In this document: one piece after another, positions 1-9,143 of the stretch | How positions within the stretch are numbered: position 1 is the first letter of the stretch | Layout of the letters: each line of letters starts with the position of its first letter | Assembly (NCBI GenBank): GCA_964413335.1 | Contig: CAYPSP010000001.1 | Span: 1-28,625, forward strand | Reading direction: 5' to 3' | Length of the DNA: 28,625 nt | Source of the DNA: an uncultured Dehalococcoidales bacterium | Lineage (GTDB): Bacteria; Chloroflexota; Dehalococcoidia; GIF9; AB-539-J10 | The notes under the pieces: model-generated | Seen by the model: only the letters and a program-made list of their open reading frames with translations | Told to the model about the DNA's origin: nothing | Database searches by the model: none | Position numbers and translations under genes: made by a program

Positions 1-1
1 C

Positions 2-445
2 GAACTAAAATACAAGCACCTGAAAGTGCTATCTCTTTGCTTTGCTGAATTACTTGCCGAATATTTAGAGGAACATAATTTGCCTGGTGATATACTGGTT
101 CCAGTTCCTTTACACCGCCGGCGTTTGAGAAAACGCGGTTATAATCAGTCTTTATTAATATCACGTGATTTAGGCAAATTGATAATGATGCCTGTACTTG
201 CTGATTGTCTTGTTCGAGTTAAGGATGTACAACCTCAGGTAAAAATGGTGACTGCGGAAGATAGATGGAGTAATGTTGTTGATGCATTTATATGCAGGGA
301 TGGTAGAGTAAATAATAAGCGAATAGTCTTGATAGATGATGTTTGTACTTCTGGTGCTACTCTGGAATCATGTGCTGTAGCTCTTAAAAAACAGGGTGCG
401 ATATCAGTATGGGGGCTAACGATAGCGAGGGAAACCTACAACTAA
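2..445 (+). CDS. comF: ComF/ComFC-family phosphoribosyltransferase-like protein, 5'-truncated by window edge
   Basis: VPVPLHRRRLRKRGYNQS and PRPP-binding VLIDDVCTSGATL motifs; frame is open from position 2 (ELKYKHLKVL...), so the true start lies upstream; typical comF-hpf linkage. Confidence 0.9.
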   Translation, partial: ELKYKHLKVLSLCFAELLAEYLEEHNLPGDILVPVPLHRRRLRKRGYNQSLLISRDLGKLIMMPVLADCLVRVKDVQPQVKMVTAEDRWSNVVDAFICRDGRVNNKRIVLIDDVCTSGATLESCAVALKKQGAISVWGLTIARETYN

Positions 446-454
446 GGAGGAGAT

Positions 455-1000
455 ATGCAACTGCAAATAATAACGAAAAATATAGAAGTTTCTGAGGCAA
501 TAGAGAAGCAAATTAATAAAAAAATTGGCAAGCTGGACCATCATTTACCTTCTCTCATAGAAGGGAAGGTGGAGATTTCTAAGAGAAAGTCAAGACAGCC
601 AGAGCAAAGATTTGCTGTACAGGTTACCCTTGATAGTAAAGGGACTTTAATCAGGGCTCATGAATATGCTGCAGATATTCTTACAGCTATAGATAAAGTA
701 CTGGACGTACTGGATAAGCGGATTGAACGATATAAAGGCAAGTTATATGACAAAAGGAAAGGAGTTTCTCTTGAACAGCAGGGGGCTGATCAGGATGAAG
801 AGAAACCAAATGGTTACCCAGAGGTAGTAAAAAGTAAGCATTTCTTTCTTAAGCCTATGTCCATAGATGAGGCAACTGAGCAACTGGAGCTCCTGGGGCA
901 TGATTTCTTTCTTTTTATTGATGCGAAAACCAGCAAAGTTAGTATGCTATACAGTCGCAAAGATGGTAACTATGGCGTCATCATAGTAGAAACTGAATAA
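455..1000 (+). CDS. hpf: Ribosome hibernation promoting factor, long form (HPF/YvyD)
   Basis: N-terminal HPF domain plus C-terminal KPMSIDEATEQLELLGHDFFLF...RKDGNYG domain; SD AAGGAGG directly upstream. Confidence 0.95.
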   Translation: MQLQIITKNIEVSEAIEKQINKKIGKLDHHLPSLIEGKVEISKRKSRQPEQRFAVQVTLDSKGTLIRAHEYAADILTAIDKVLDVLDKRIERYKGKLYDKRKGVSLEQQGADQDEEKPNGYPEVVKSKHFFLKPMSIDEATEQLELLGHDFFLFIDAKTSKVSMLYSRKDGNYGVIIVETE

Positions 1001-1100
1001 TTGTAGTAGAAGTATAAGCATTGTCTAATTTCACCTCTAAAGTGCGGGAAAATTTACCGACCTGTGCTAGCAGCAGTAGAGATGAAAGGAGGAGAAGGGT

Positions 1101-4100
1101 TTACTCCTCTTTCAGACTATCTGCGCCTAACAAATCTTCTATTTCCTTTTCCAGTTCTGGACAATAATTGATAGTTATCTTTGGCATATTAAGGCAGGTT
1201 GTTTCGTCATCACCAATTATTGTAAGAGATATGCTGCTACCACCCGGATAATTCTGAAGGATTGCGATGGTTTTATGCAGAAGCTCGATATCTTTGTTAG
1301 AGTTCCCTGTTTCAGAGAGTGCTATTGTAAGGAATTTTCGTTTTAGTTCTGTTTCTGGTTGGGATAGCCCCCCATTATTATTATCCTGGTAGTTGTATAC
1401 TTCTTGGCAATTTAGCTGAACTCCTCCGTTTCTGTTTTTTAGCATACCCTTTATAATAAGGATATTATCTTCATGCCATAGTGATTTGCTGCTCTCGTAT
1501 ATCCTTGGCCAGACGTTTACTTCCAGGCTTCCTTCTGCATCTTCTATCGTTGCTACGATAAAAGGACGGGTGTCACGGGTGTAAGCCTGTCGAAGTGATA
1601 CTATCATTCCTATGATGGTAATAGTATTATTGGCCATATTAGCGTTGATGTCGCCACAGGATACTGTATGTAAAGTGGAATGCTTAAAATTGAGCATTCC
1701 AAGGACTGATGAAGAGAGATAGACACCTAACAACTCCCGTTCCCATTTAAGCCTCTGGTTGGAGGAGGGTTTTTCTGGATTATCGAGGAGGAGCGCAGGA
1801 TTGGAATTGAGCAGCCCGCCGAACATGCTCGATTGTCCTGTTGATCTCATTTTATGTTCCATTTGGCCAAAGGAAATTATTCTGTCCAGAGAATACAGGA
1901 GCGATCCCTGATCGCTAAGAGAATCGAAAGCTCCAACCTTGATTAAGCTCTCAAGTGTTTTTCTATTTATGCTATGCATATTTACTCGTTGGCAGAGATC
2001 TTCTATAGATTTGAAGCTACCTCCATGCCGTCGAGTGGATAGGATGTTCTCTATAGCTGAACTGCCAGTGTTTTTTATTGCGGCTAGCCCAAAGCGAATG
2101 CCGTTTTTATTGTTTTCTATTTCCTCGATGGTAAACCCTGATTGGCTTTTGTTAATATCAGGGGGCAATAGCTGAATGCCTAGATGGCGGCATTCAGCTA
2201 TTGCCAAGCGGACTTTGTCAGTATTATCGTTATAAGTATTCAAGAATGATGTCATGTATTCAGAGGGATAGTTAGCTTTTAAATAGGCGCCACGGTAAGC
2301 TAGGAGGGCATAGCTTACGCTATGTGCTTTGTTAAAGGCATAGCCAGCAAAAGGTTCAATCAAAGCGAAAACCTCTTCAGCAAGTTTTTTTTCTATTCCT
2401 TTTTTTTCTGCACCTTCAACAAAATTTTTCCTTTGTGTCTTCATTACCTTGGCTATTTTCTTACCCATGGCTTTACGAAAGATATCGGCTTGGCCCAGGC
2501 TATAACCCGCTAGAGCCTGCACAATAAATAACACTTGTTCTTGATAAACAATAACTCCATATGTCTCTTTAAGGAATTTCTCTAAGACAGGATGAGAATA
2601 ATGAACAGGTATGATTCCTTGCTTGGCTTTTATAAAAGTAGGAATCTGTTCCATTGGGCCTGGGCGGTAAAGTGCCACTATGGCAGCAATATCACTGAAT
2701 TTACTGGGTTGCAGTTCTTCTATATAACGACGCATGCCACTGCTTTCCAACTGGAATATACCCTTTGTTTCTCCGGAAGCAAGCAAAGTGAAGGTTTTTT
2801 TATTATCCAATGGTATTTGCTGCAAATTTATGGATTCACCATGTGTTTGTTGAATGGTCTCTATTGTTTTGGACAGAATGGTCAAGTTTGATAATCCGAG
2901 AAAATCCATTTTTAAAAGGCCAAGGAGAGCGATGTTTTTCATGTGATACTGGGTCATGGCAGCATTATTTGTTCCTTTGCTTGTTGGCTGGAGTGGTAGG
3001 TATTCAGTCAGTGGATCATGTGCTATAACAACACCAGCTGCGTGTGTGCTAGCATGCCTGACAAGGCCTTCTAATTTCCTGGCTGAATCAACGAGATTAT
3101 GTACAGTCTCATCTTGGGAATAGATATCATTAAACTCTTTACTATCTTCCAGTGCTTTTTCCAGGGTTATTGTTAGCTCTAAAGGAATCAGTTTGGCAAC
3201 CTGGTCAACTTGGCTGTAAGGTAATCCAAGAGCTCTTCCCGTATCTCTCAATGCTGCTCTTGCGCCTAGAGTACCAAATGTAATAATCTGGGCTACGTGG
3301 TCTCTCCCGTATTTTTCATTGACATAGGCAAGTACTTCATCGCGACGATTGTCCTGGAAATCAAGATCAATATCTGGCATCTCACGCCGCTCAACATTGA
3401 GAAAGCGCTCGAAAACTAAATTGTAAGTCAGGGGGTTGATGTCCGTAATGCCAAGGCAATATAGGGCTAAGCTGGCAGCAGCACTTCCTCGTACGCCAAA
3501 GTAGATATCCTTCTTTCGTACAAAGGAAGCAATGTCCCAAACAACCAGGAAATAATCGGCGAAATGGGTTTTCTGAATTACATCAAGTTCATATTTGAGA
3601 CGCTCTTTGGCTTCATGGTTAGGAGTAGGATATCGCTTTTCCAAGCCTTGCCAGCATAGCTCGGATAGAAAGGATTCAGCTGTCTTACCTTCAGGAGGAA
3701 TTACTTCTGGCAAATGATGTTTACTGAAGTCTAATTCTAGCTGGCACATCTCGGCGATAAGTTGAGTATTATCTATAGATTGGGGCAGGTCACTGAAGAG
3801 TTGCTCCATTTCCTCAGGGCTCTTAAGATAGAAATAATCCCCTGCCATCTTCATTCTGTTTTCATTCTGTACAGTGGAATTAGTTCCTATGCACAGCAAT
3901 AGGTCATGAGTGTATGAATCCTCCTTCTTTATATAGTGAGTGTCGACTGTTGCTACCAGTGGAATATCAAGTTTATTAGAGAGGAGGAGAAGTCCTTTAT
4001 TGATTGTTTCAAGTTCAGGAATAGGATGCCGCTGGATTTCAATGTAATAATCACTGAATATTTCCTTGTACCAGGAAGCTGTTTTAGCAGCCTCATCAAC

Positions 4101-4553
4101 TCGTTCTTCCAGGATAAGACGAGGAAGTTCTCCATTCATACAGCCAGAAAGAGCAATAATCCCTTTGTGATGCAGTTCCAGTAGTTCTCTATCTACTCTA
4201 GGTTTGTAATACTGCCCCTCAAAGTTGCTCTTGGTAACCAGATTTATTAAATTATGGTATCCTTCTTTATTCTTAGCTAGTAATGTAAGATGATATGGTT
4301 TTCTGTATTTGGGGTCTCGATTATGGCGATTAGTCTGAGCAACATATACTTCGCATCCAAGGATAGGTTTAATGCCAGCTTCTTTGGCTGCAGTGTAAAA
4401 ATCGATAATGCCATACATCACTCCATGATCGGTAATGGCCAGACTATCCATACCAAGTTCTTTAGCTCGGGCGATGAGAAGAGGGATATGACACATACCG
4501 TCAAGAAGGCTATATTCAGTATGAACGTGAAGATGGGTAAATTTCTTAGGCAC
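1101..4553 (-). CDS. dnaE: DNA polymerase III alpha subunit
   Basis: PHP domain HLHVHTEYSLLDG, catalytic MPDIDLDF and LLKMDFLGL, GYAFNKAHS, OB fold; 1150 aa; GTG start. Confidence 0.98.
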   Translation of the reverse strand: MPKKFTHLHVHTEYSLLDGMCHIPLLIARAKELGMDSLAITDHGVMYGIIDFYTAAKEAGIKPILGCEVYVAQTNRHNRDPKYRKPYHLTLLAKNKEGYHNLINLVTKSNFEGQYYKPRVDRELLELHHKGIIALSGCMNGELPRLILEERVDEAAKTASWYKEIFSDYYIEIQRHPIPELETINKGLLLLSNKLDIPLVATVDTHYIKKEDSYTHDLLLCIGTNSTVQNENRMKMAGDYFYLKSPEEMEQLFSDLPQSIDNTQLIAEMCQLELDFSKHHLPEVIPPEGKTAESFLSELCWQGLEKRYPTPNHEAKERLKYELDVIQKTHFADYFLVVWDIASFVRKKDIYFGVRGSAAASLALYCLGITDINPLTYNLVFERFLNVERREMPDIDLDFQDNRRDEVLAYVNEKYGRDHVAQIITFGTLGARAALRDTGRALGLPYSQVDQVAKLIPLELTITLEKALEDSKEFNDIYSQDETVHNLVDSARKLEGLVRHASTHAAGVVIAHDPLTEYLPLQPTSKGTNNAAMTQYHMKNIALLGLLKMDFLGLSNLTILSKTIETIQQTHGESINLQQIPLDNKKTFTLLASGETKGIFQLESSGMRRYIEELQPSKFSDIAAIVALYRPGPMEQIPTFIKAKQGIIPVHYSHPVLEKFLKETYGVIVYQEQVLFIVQALAGYSLGQADIFRKAMGKKIAKVMKTQRKNFVEGAEKKGIEKKLAEEVFALIEPFAGYAFNKAHSVSYALLAYRGAYLKANYPSEYMTSFLNTYNDNTDKVRLAIAECRHLGIQLLPPDINKSQSGFTIEEIENNKNGIRFGLAAIKNTGSSAIENILSTRRHGGSFKSIEDLCQRVNMHSINRKTLESLIKVGAFDSLSDQGSLLYSLDRIISFGQMEHKMRSTGQSSMFGGLLNSNPALLLDNPEKPSSNQRLKWERELLGVYLSSSVLGMLNFKHSTLHTVSCGDINANMANNTITIIGMIVSLRQAYTRDTRPFIVATIEDAEGSLEVNVWPRIYESSKSLWHEDNILIIKGMLKNRNGGVQLNCQEVYNYQDNNNGGLSQPETELKRKFLTIALSETGNSNKDIELLHKTIAILQNYPGGSSISLTIIGDDETTCLNMPKITINYCPELEKEIEDLLGADSLKEE

Positions 4554-4560
4554 ATTGTGA

Positions 4561-4569
4561 ATTATAACA
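4561..4569 (-). promoter_or_regulatory. Extended -10 promoter (TG-T-TATAAT) for dnaE
   Basis: Minus strand reads ATGTTATAATTCACAAT-GTG; perfect TATAAT at 4566-4561, 7 nt before the start codon. Confidence 0.7.
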
Positions 4570-4611
4570 TGCTTGTTTTATGCTGTACGTTGTTCATATT
4601 GCGAGAGTGAG

Positions 4612-5310
4612 ATGAGGATTTTTAGAGGTATTGCTGCTAAGTTATTTATTTTTTGTGTTTCTCTGACTCTTGTCACTGGTACTATTCAATTGGAGATTAA
4701 TAGTGTTCGTCTTTATGAATATGGGTTCGATAAGTATGCTGTAAGTGAGGATACAGGGATTGATAGACAGCAGTTGACCGAGGTTGCTGAGGCGTTGGTA
4801 GGTTATTTCAATTATAAGATAGAAACACCACAGTTAACCGTACACGTGAGGTCTAGTAAAGAAATCTTACTGTACCAGGAAAATGAGCAGAATCGTGAAC
4901 TCACCCATCTTGCCGATGTTCGACGCCTGTTTTTGCTAAATTCCTTGATTTTAGTGGTAAGCCTGGTTTATCTGGCTACTTATATTTTAGCCTTCTTGCT
5001 GTGGATAAAAGGCAACTGGAGTGATTTAGTAAAAAGAGTTAGCTATGGTTGTGCTTTGACTCTGGCTGTTATGGTTATTGTGGGACTGGCTACCCTTTTT
5101 GTTGATTTTGAACAACTATTTCTCCAATTCCACCATCTTGCCTTTAGTAATCCATGGTGGGCAAGTACTGGCTATCTACCTAGATTGTTTCCCGGATATT
5201 TCTGGGAGGATGTTGCTCTTTTAGGTGCTGGTTCTATAGTTGTAGGGGCTTTAATTTTAGGCAGTATTGCTTGGGTAATACCAAGATGGTATTTAAAGAG
5301 GAAGGGCTAG
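4612..5310 (+). CDS. DUF1461/TIGR01906-family integral membrane protein
   Basis: N-terminal TM, RELTHLADVRRLF and FLQFHHLAFSN..W motifs, several TM helices; ATG at 4612 preferred over the track start 4573. Confidence 0.8.
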   Translation: MRIFRGIAAKLFIFCVSLTLVTGTIQLEINSVRLYEYGFDKYAVSEDTGIDRQQLTEVAEALVGYFNYKIETPQLTVHVRSSKEILLYQENEQNRELTHLADVRRLFLLNSLILVVSLVYLATYILAFLLWIKGNWSDLVKRVSYGCALTLAVMVIVGLATLFVDFEQLFLQFHHLAFSNPWWASTGYLPRLFPGYFWEDVALLGAGSIVVGALILGSIAWVIPRWYLKRKG

Positions 5311-5315
5311 CCTTC

Positions 5316-7172
5316 CTAACTTTTAGGGATACCTTCTTGATTCCAGCCTCTGGCTTGGTAACATTCTTCAATCATACTTATGGGGTCTTTTAGTTGGCAT
5401 GCTGATACAAGGGAGTATTTTCCGAACTCTGGCATCTGGAGACATCTCTCTGGAAGCATATCATCTGCTTTATTTATCCCCTCCCTCACATTAAATTTTC
5501 TTTGAAGGTTGTATACACGCTCTCCCGTAGCCAGAATTTCTTGTCCGTTAATGTCCCAACCTGTCAATGTGGTAATTAACTTGCCTAACTCATCTGGCCC
5601 GATACCTCGAAATATGTAGAACTTACAAATGCCCAATATGTCTGGCATAATCCCAAAATCCTGGAGAAGCTTGGCTTCCTTTCCTTTGCCCTTCTCCTCC
5701 CAGCGATCTAATGTTTGAGGATCGGTCAGTCCGTATGGAAGTAGGCCAAAATTATTTTTTCGGTTGTCATATGCCGCAGCATTAAGTGGGTGGATATGGC
5801 ACATGCCTCTGTTACCCAATGCGTATGTTACAGCCAGAGCTTTTCCTGACCTCGGATCGTGTGCAGGCCCTTCTAAACCTTTTATATGGATTGCCAGCTT
5901 GTCCGCTCCATTACCAAGTTCCTGTGCTGCCTGTCTAACTCCTTTGCCAAGAAGTTCACCGAGGCCGTCATTGCTGGCTATTTTTCCTACTAGTGTCACT
6001 ATGGTCTCAGCATTTCCCCATGATAAATTCAGACCATCGGCTTTCATGTCAGTGATAATGCCGTTCTCATAGCAATCCATGGCAAAGGCGATGACTGCAC
6101 CGGTGGAGATAGTGTCTAATCCATACTCGTTACATAGATAATCTGCGTGTACTGCAGCATCAACATCTTCATTGTATACAAAAAAAGTGAAGGCGGACAT
6201 GGTTTCATATTCACCCCCTTCATGTTGTGGGGTTTTCCATTGCCCTGAGTCGACTTTACAAATTCTTTTACATCTTAATATGCATCCCTTATAGCATGGT
6301 TTGGCTTTTACAAGGTTTTTTTCTTTAAAGTGAGCGTATAACTCAGCACCTTTTCCCCATGAATTAGACCTCCAGTTTTTTGTTGGAATATCTCCTGTAT
6401 CGTCACATCCAACCAGCATACCTGTAGTGCCATCTGCTGCCATCCCTTTTCCTGCAGTTATCTCAGCAACCTTTTTGTAATACTCTTTGCAGATTGCAAC
6501 AAACTCATCTGGATGAGCTATTGGAATTTCTCCGCTTCCTTTTACTGCGACTGCAAGTAGATTCTTTGATCCCATTACTGCGCCTGCTCCTCCTCTTCCA
6601 AATGCGCGTGATTTACTCATAATACAGGCAAGATTTACCATGTTCTCGCCTGCAGGACCTATTTCAACAAACTCAAAGGAGGCGTCTTTTAGTTCATCCT
6701 TTATGAGAAACTCCTCTTTTTGCGATGAGCTTTTCCCTTTGAGTGCTTTTGCAGGTCGTATCTCTACCTTGCTATCATGAATTACGATGTATTTCGCTTC
6801 TTTAGCCTTGCCCTCTATTACCAAGAAATCATAACCTGCTCTCTTCAAAGCGCTACCCCATTCTCCTCCAGCACGTGCTTCCCCCCAGATACCAGTAAGT
6901 GGAGATTTGAAACATACTTCGATAGATCCTGATCCAGGGGCACCAGTACCAGTTAAAGGGCCGGTGGCAAATATCAATTTATTTTCAGGGCTTAATGGAT
7001 CAGAAAATGCCAAGGTTTCGTTATATAGTAACTGTGTAGCATATCCTACTCCGCCCAGAAATGTTCTTAATACTTCAGCGTTTAGTTCCTCTACTGAAAC
7101 CTTCTCCAGACTTAGATTAATTCTCAATAATTTGCCAGCATATCCATAATATTGGTTCTCTACATTACTCAT
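5316..7172 (-). CDS. aor: Tungsten/molybdopterin aldehyde:ferredoxin oxidoreductase (AOR family)
   Basis: GYAGKLLRINLS, KSPLTG, GRGGAGAVMGSKNL, EYET, CNEYGLDTIS, HDPR and GICKF motifs; 618 aa; SD AAGGAG at 7189-7184. Confidence 0.92.
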   Translation of the reverse strand: MSNVENQYYGYAGKLLRINLSLEKVSVEELNAEVLRTFLGGVGYATQLLYNETLAFSDPLSPENKLIFATGPLTGTGAPGSGSIEVCFKSPLTGIWGEARAGGEWGSALKRAGYDFLVIEGKAKEAKYIVIHDSKVEIRPAKALKGKSSSQKEEFLIKDELKDASFEFVEIGPAGENMVNLACIMSKSRAFGRGGAGAVMGSKNLLAVAVKGSGEIPIAHPDEFVAICKEYYKKVAEITAGKGMAADGTTGMLVGCDDTGDIPTKNWRSNSWGKGAELYAHFKEKNLVKAKPCYKGCILRCKRICKVDSGQWKTPQHEGGEYETMSAFTFFVYNEDVDAAVHADYLCNEYGLDTISTGAVIAFAMDCYENGIITDMKADGLNLSWGNAETIVTLVGKIASNDGLGELLGKGVRQAAQELGNGADKLAIHIKGLEGPAHDPRSGKALAVTYALGNRGMCHIHPLNAAAYDNRKNNFGLLPYGLTDPQTLDRWEEKGKGKEAKLLQDFGIMPDILGICKFYIFRGIGPDELGKLITTLTGWDINGQEILATGERVYNLQRKFNVREGINKADDMLPERCLQMPEFGKYSLVSACQLKDPISMIEECYQARGWNQEGIPKS

Positions 7173-7205
7173 ATTTCAGTTTTCTCCTTGTCTAGATCAG
7201 TATTA

Positions 7206-7234
7206 ACTATAGTGTAGATGGTGGATAGCGTCAA
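7206..7234 (-). promoter_or_regulatory. sigma70-type promoter for aor
   Basis: TTGACG (7234-7229), 17 nt spacer, TATAGT (7211-7206). Confidence 0.75.
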
Positions 7235-7362
7235 TATTGAGTCTCATTTTTTTGTTGTACTAGAATTAATATGAGAGTTATTATCTTAAACAATAATATC
7301 TGTTTTTCTTGCCATGATTGAAAAAGATGTTTTTGTGTGAATTCATGAATGATAAGGTTCTG

Positions 7363-7392
7363 TTGCTTTGTGGTAGACAATTGTGCTAGCAT
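7363..7392 (+). promoter_or_regulatory. Candidate recA promoter
   Basis: TTGCTT (7363-7368), 18 nt spacer including TG-C extension, TAGCAT (7387-7392). Confidence 0.5.
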
Positions 7393-7399
7393 GACTTTC

Positions 7400-8437
7400 G
7401 TGGCTACAGATAAAGAGAAAGCAGCCGAATTGGCGATTGAACAGATAGAAAAGCAATTTGGCAAAGGTTCTATTATGAAACTTGGCCAGGATGCTGTTGA
7501 ATTAATTGGAGAAGTCATCTCTACTGGCTCACTAGCACTCGATTTGGCTTTGGGAGTTGGAGGAATTCCTAGAGGACGAGTTACTGAAGTTTTTGGATCT
7601 GAGGCTTCTGGTAAGACTACGATTGCTCAACATATTATTGCTGAGGCTCAAAAAAATGGAGGCATCGCGGCATATATTGATGCAGAACATGCTTTGGACC
7701 CTGCTTACGCGGCTCGTTGTGGTATAAAAGTTGATGATTTGCTCATTTCGCAACCTGATACGGGAGAGCAAGCATTGGAGATTACTGAAACGCTGGTGAG
7801 GAGTGGAGCATTGGATGTGGTTGTTATCGACAGTGTAGCAGCACTGGTGCCTAAGGCAGAAATAGAGGGGGAAATGGGTGGGGCTTATATTGGTTTGCAA
7901 GCCAGGTTGATGTCACAGGCATTAAGAAAGTTAACAGGGGCTATTTCTAAGTCCAAAACAGCCGTGCTTTTCATCAATCAATTGAGAGAGAAAGTAGGCA
8001 TCGTTTTTGGCAATCCTGAGGTAACCCCTGGAGGAAGGGCGCTTAAATTCTATAGCTCAGTAAGAATTGACCTGAGAAGAAGCGATGCAATAAAGCAAGG
8101 GGCCGAAATAATAGGTAGCAGGATAAGAGCCAGGGTAGTTAAAAATAAAGTTGCTCCTCCTTTCAGGACTGCTGAATTTGATATCATGTTTGGGCAGGGT
8201 ATTAGCAGTGAAGGAAATATATTGGACCTTGGTGTCGCAGCTGGCATGGTGAAAAAGGCAGGAGCATTTTTCACTTATGGTGATATTAAGCTAGGACAGG
8301 GCAGGGAAAATGCCAAGACTTATTTGAAGGAATATGGTGATATTGCTTTGCAATTAGAACAGGAGATAAGGAATTCTCCAGATATAGCAAGCATTTCGCT
8401 TAAACAGAAAACCGCAATTAAGACCACCGGGAAGTAA
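7400..8437 (+). CDS. recA: Recombinase A
   Basis: [18 protein letters not shown], Walker [31 protein letters not shown]; start most likely GTG 7400 (MATDKEKA...), ATG 7391 possible. Confidence 0.98.
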   Translation: MATDKEKAAELAIEQIEKQFGKGSIMKLGQDAVELIGEVISTGSLALDLALGVGGIPRGRVTEVFGSEASGKTTIAQHIIAEAQKNGGIAAYIDAEHALDPAYAARCGIKVDDLLISQPDTGEQALEITETLVRSGALDVVVIDSVAALVPKAEIEGEMGGAYIGLQARLMSQALRKLTGAISKSKTAVLFINQLREKVGIVFGNPEVTPGGRALKFYSSVRIDLRRSDAIKQGAEIIGSRIRARVVKNKVAPPFRTAEFDIMFGQGISSEGNILDLGVAAGMVKKAGAFFTYGDIKLGQGRENAKTYLKEYGDIALQLEQEIRNSPDIASISLKQKTAIKTTGK

Positions 8438-8458
8438 GGGAAGTAGGCATAGAGTCAA

Positions 8459-8944
8459 GTGGGGTACCGTGATATTTCTGCACAATGTATTGATGTCGCC
8501 TATCGTTATCTAAGTTATCGTCCTAGAAGCGAAGGGGAAATGAAACAGAGACTGCGGAAACGCGGTTTTGAGCCAGAGGTAATTGAAAAGACCATTGAGA
8601 AGCTTAAAGAACAAGATATAATCGACGATTATGCTTTTGCTAGATTTTGGAAAGATGCTCAATTATCTAATAAACCCAAGAGTAAACGATTGATAATTGA
8701 GGAACTTACTGATAAGAATGTGGAGGAAGGGATTATTAAACAGGTGACTGAAGGTATAGATGATGAAACTAATGCCTATACTCTGGGGAGTAATAGGGCG
8801 CAAACACTAACTCACTTGGATTATACTAGCTTTAGGCGGCGATTGGAGAATGTTCTTAGTTACCGTGGATTTAGCTATGGGATTATTAAGCATACGATAG
8901 ATATCTTGTGGAAGGAAAAAGATCAAGGGGGCTCTACACTATAA
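8459..8944 (+). CDS. recX: Regulatory protein RecX
   Basis: AYRYLSYRPRSEGEM, IDDYAFARFW, LSYRGFSY motifs; directly after recA. Confidence 0.93.
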   Translation: MGYRDISAQCIDVAYRYLSYRPRSEGEMKQRLRKRGFEPEVIEKTIEKLKEQDIIDDYAFARFWKDAQLSNKPKSKRLIIEELTDKNVEEGIIKQVTEGIDDETNAYTLGSNRAQTLTHLDYTSFRRRLENVLSYRGFSYGIIKHTIDILWKEKDQGGSTL

Positions 8945-9096
8945 TGATAGATTGGAATTTGGCTGTAAAGATCGCAGCAGGTGGCTTTGGCTTGGTTTTT
9001 ATCATACTAGTGGTCTTGGGTTTTACAGTTCGAATAACTAAGCTAGTTTCTAACAGGCTTGATAAGGGCGAGCCAAAAAAAAGACAACAAACATAG
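8944..9096 (+). CDS. OadG-like gamma subunit (single TM, 50 aa)
   Basis: ATG overlaps recX stop (TAATG); MIDWNLAVKIAAGGFGLVFIILVVLGFTVRI matches the gamma-subunit pattern of a TM followed by a basic stretch; sits directly before the beta subunit. Confidence 0.6.
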   Translation: MIDWNLAVKIAAGGFGLVFIILVVLGFTVRITKLVSNRLDKGEPKKRQQT

Positions 9097-9143
9097 TTGC
9101 TTTATATAAACTATTATAGCGAAAGGCGATTGGAGGAACAAAG

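Noticed and set aside
1084-1113. GAAAGGAGGAG/CTCCTCTTTC hairpin with a strong SD-like sequence at the dnaE end
   Set aside because: No start codon follows the SD-like run and there is no U tract; one arm is dnaE coding sequence
4555-4572. TTGTGAA half-site resembling a Rex operator
   Set aside because: Second half (TTCACAA) absent; the sequence is explained by the dnaE -10 region
4585-4595. GTAC-GTT-GTTC upstream of dnaE resembling a LexA box
   Set aside because: Spacer is 3 nt rather than 4
7173-7399. Search for a LexA (GAAC-N4-GTTC type) box upstream of recA
   Set aside because: No GAAC-N4-GTTC match is present; SOS control cannot be supported from this sequence
1101-8437. Possible inteins in DnaE or RecA
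   Set aside because: Both have normal lengths and uninterrupted motifs
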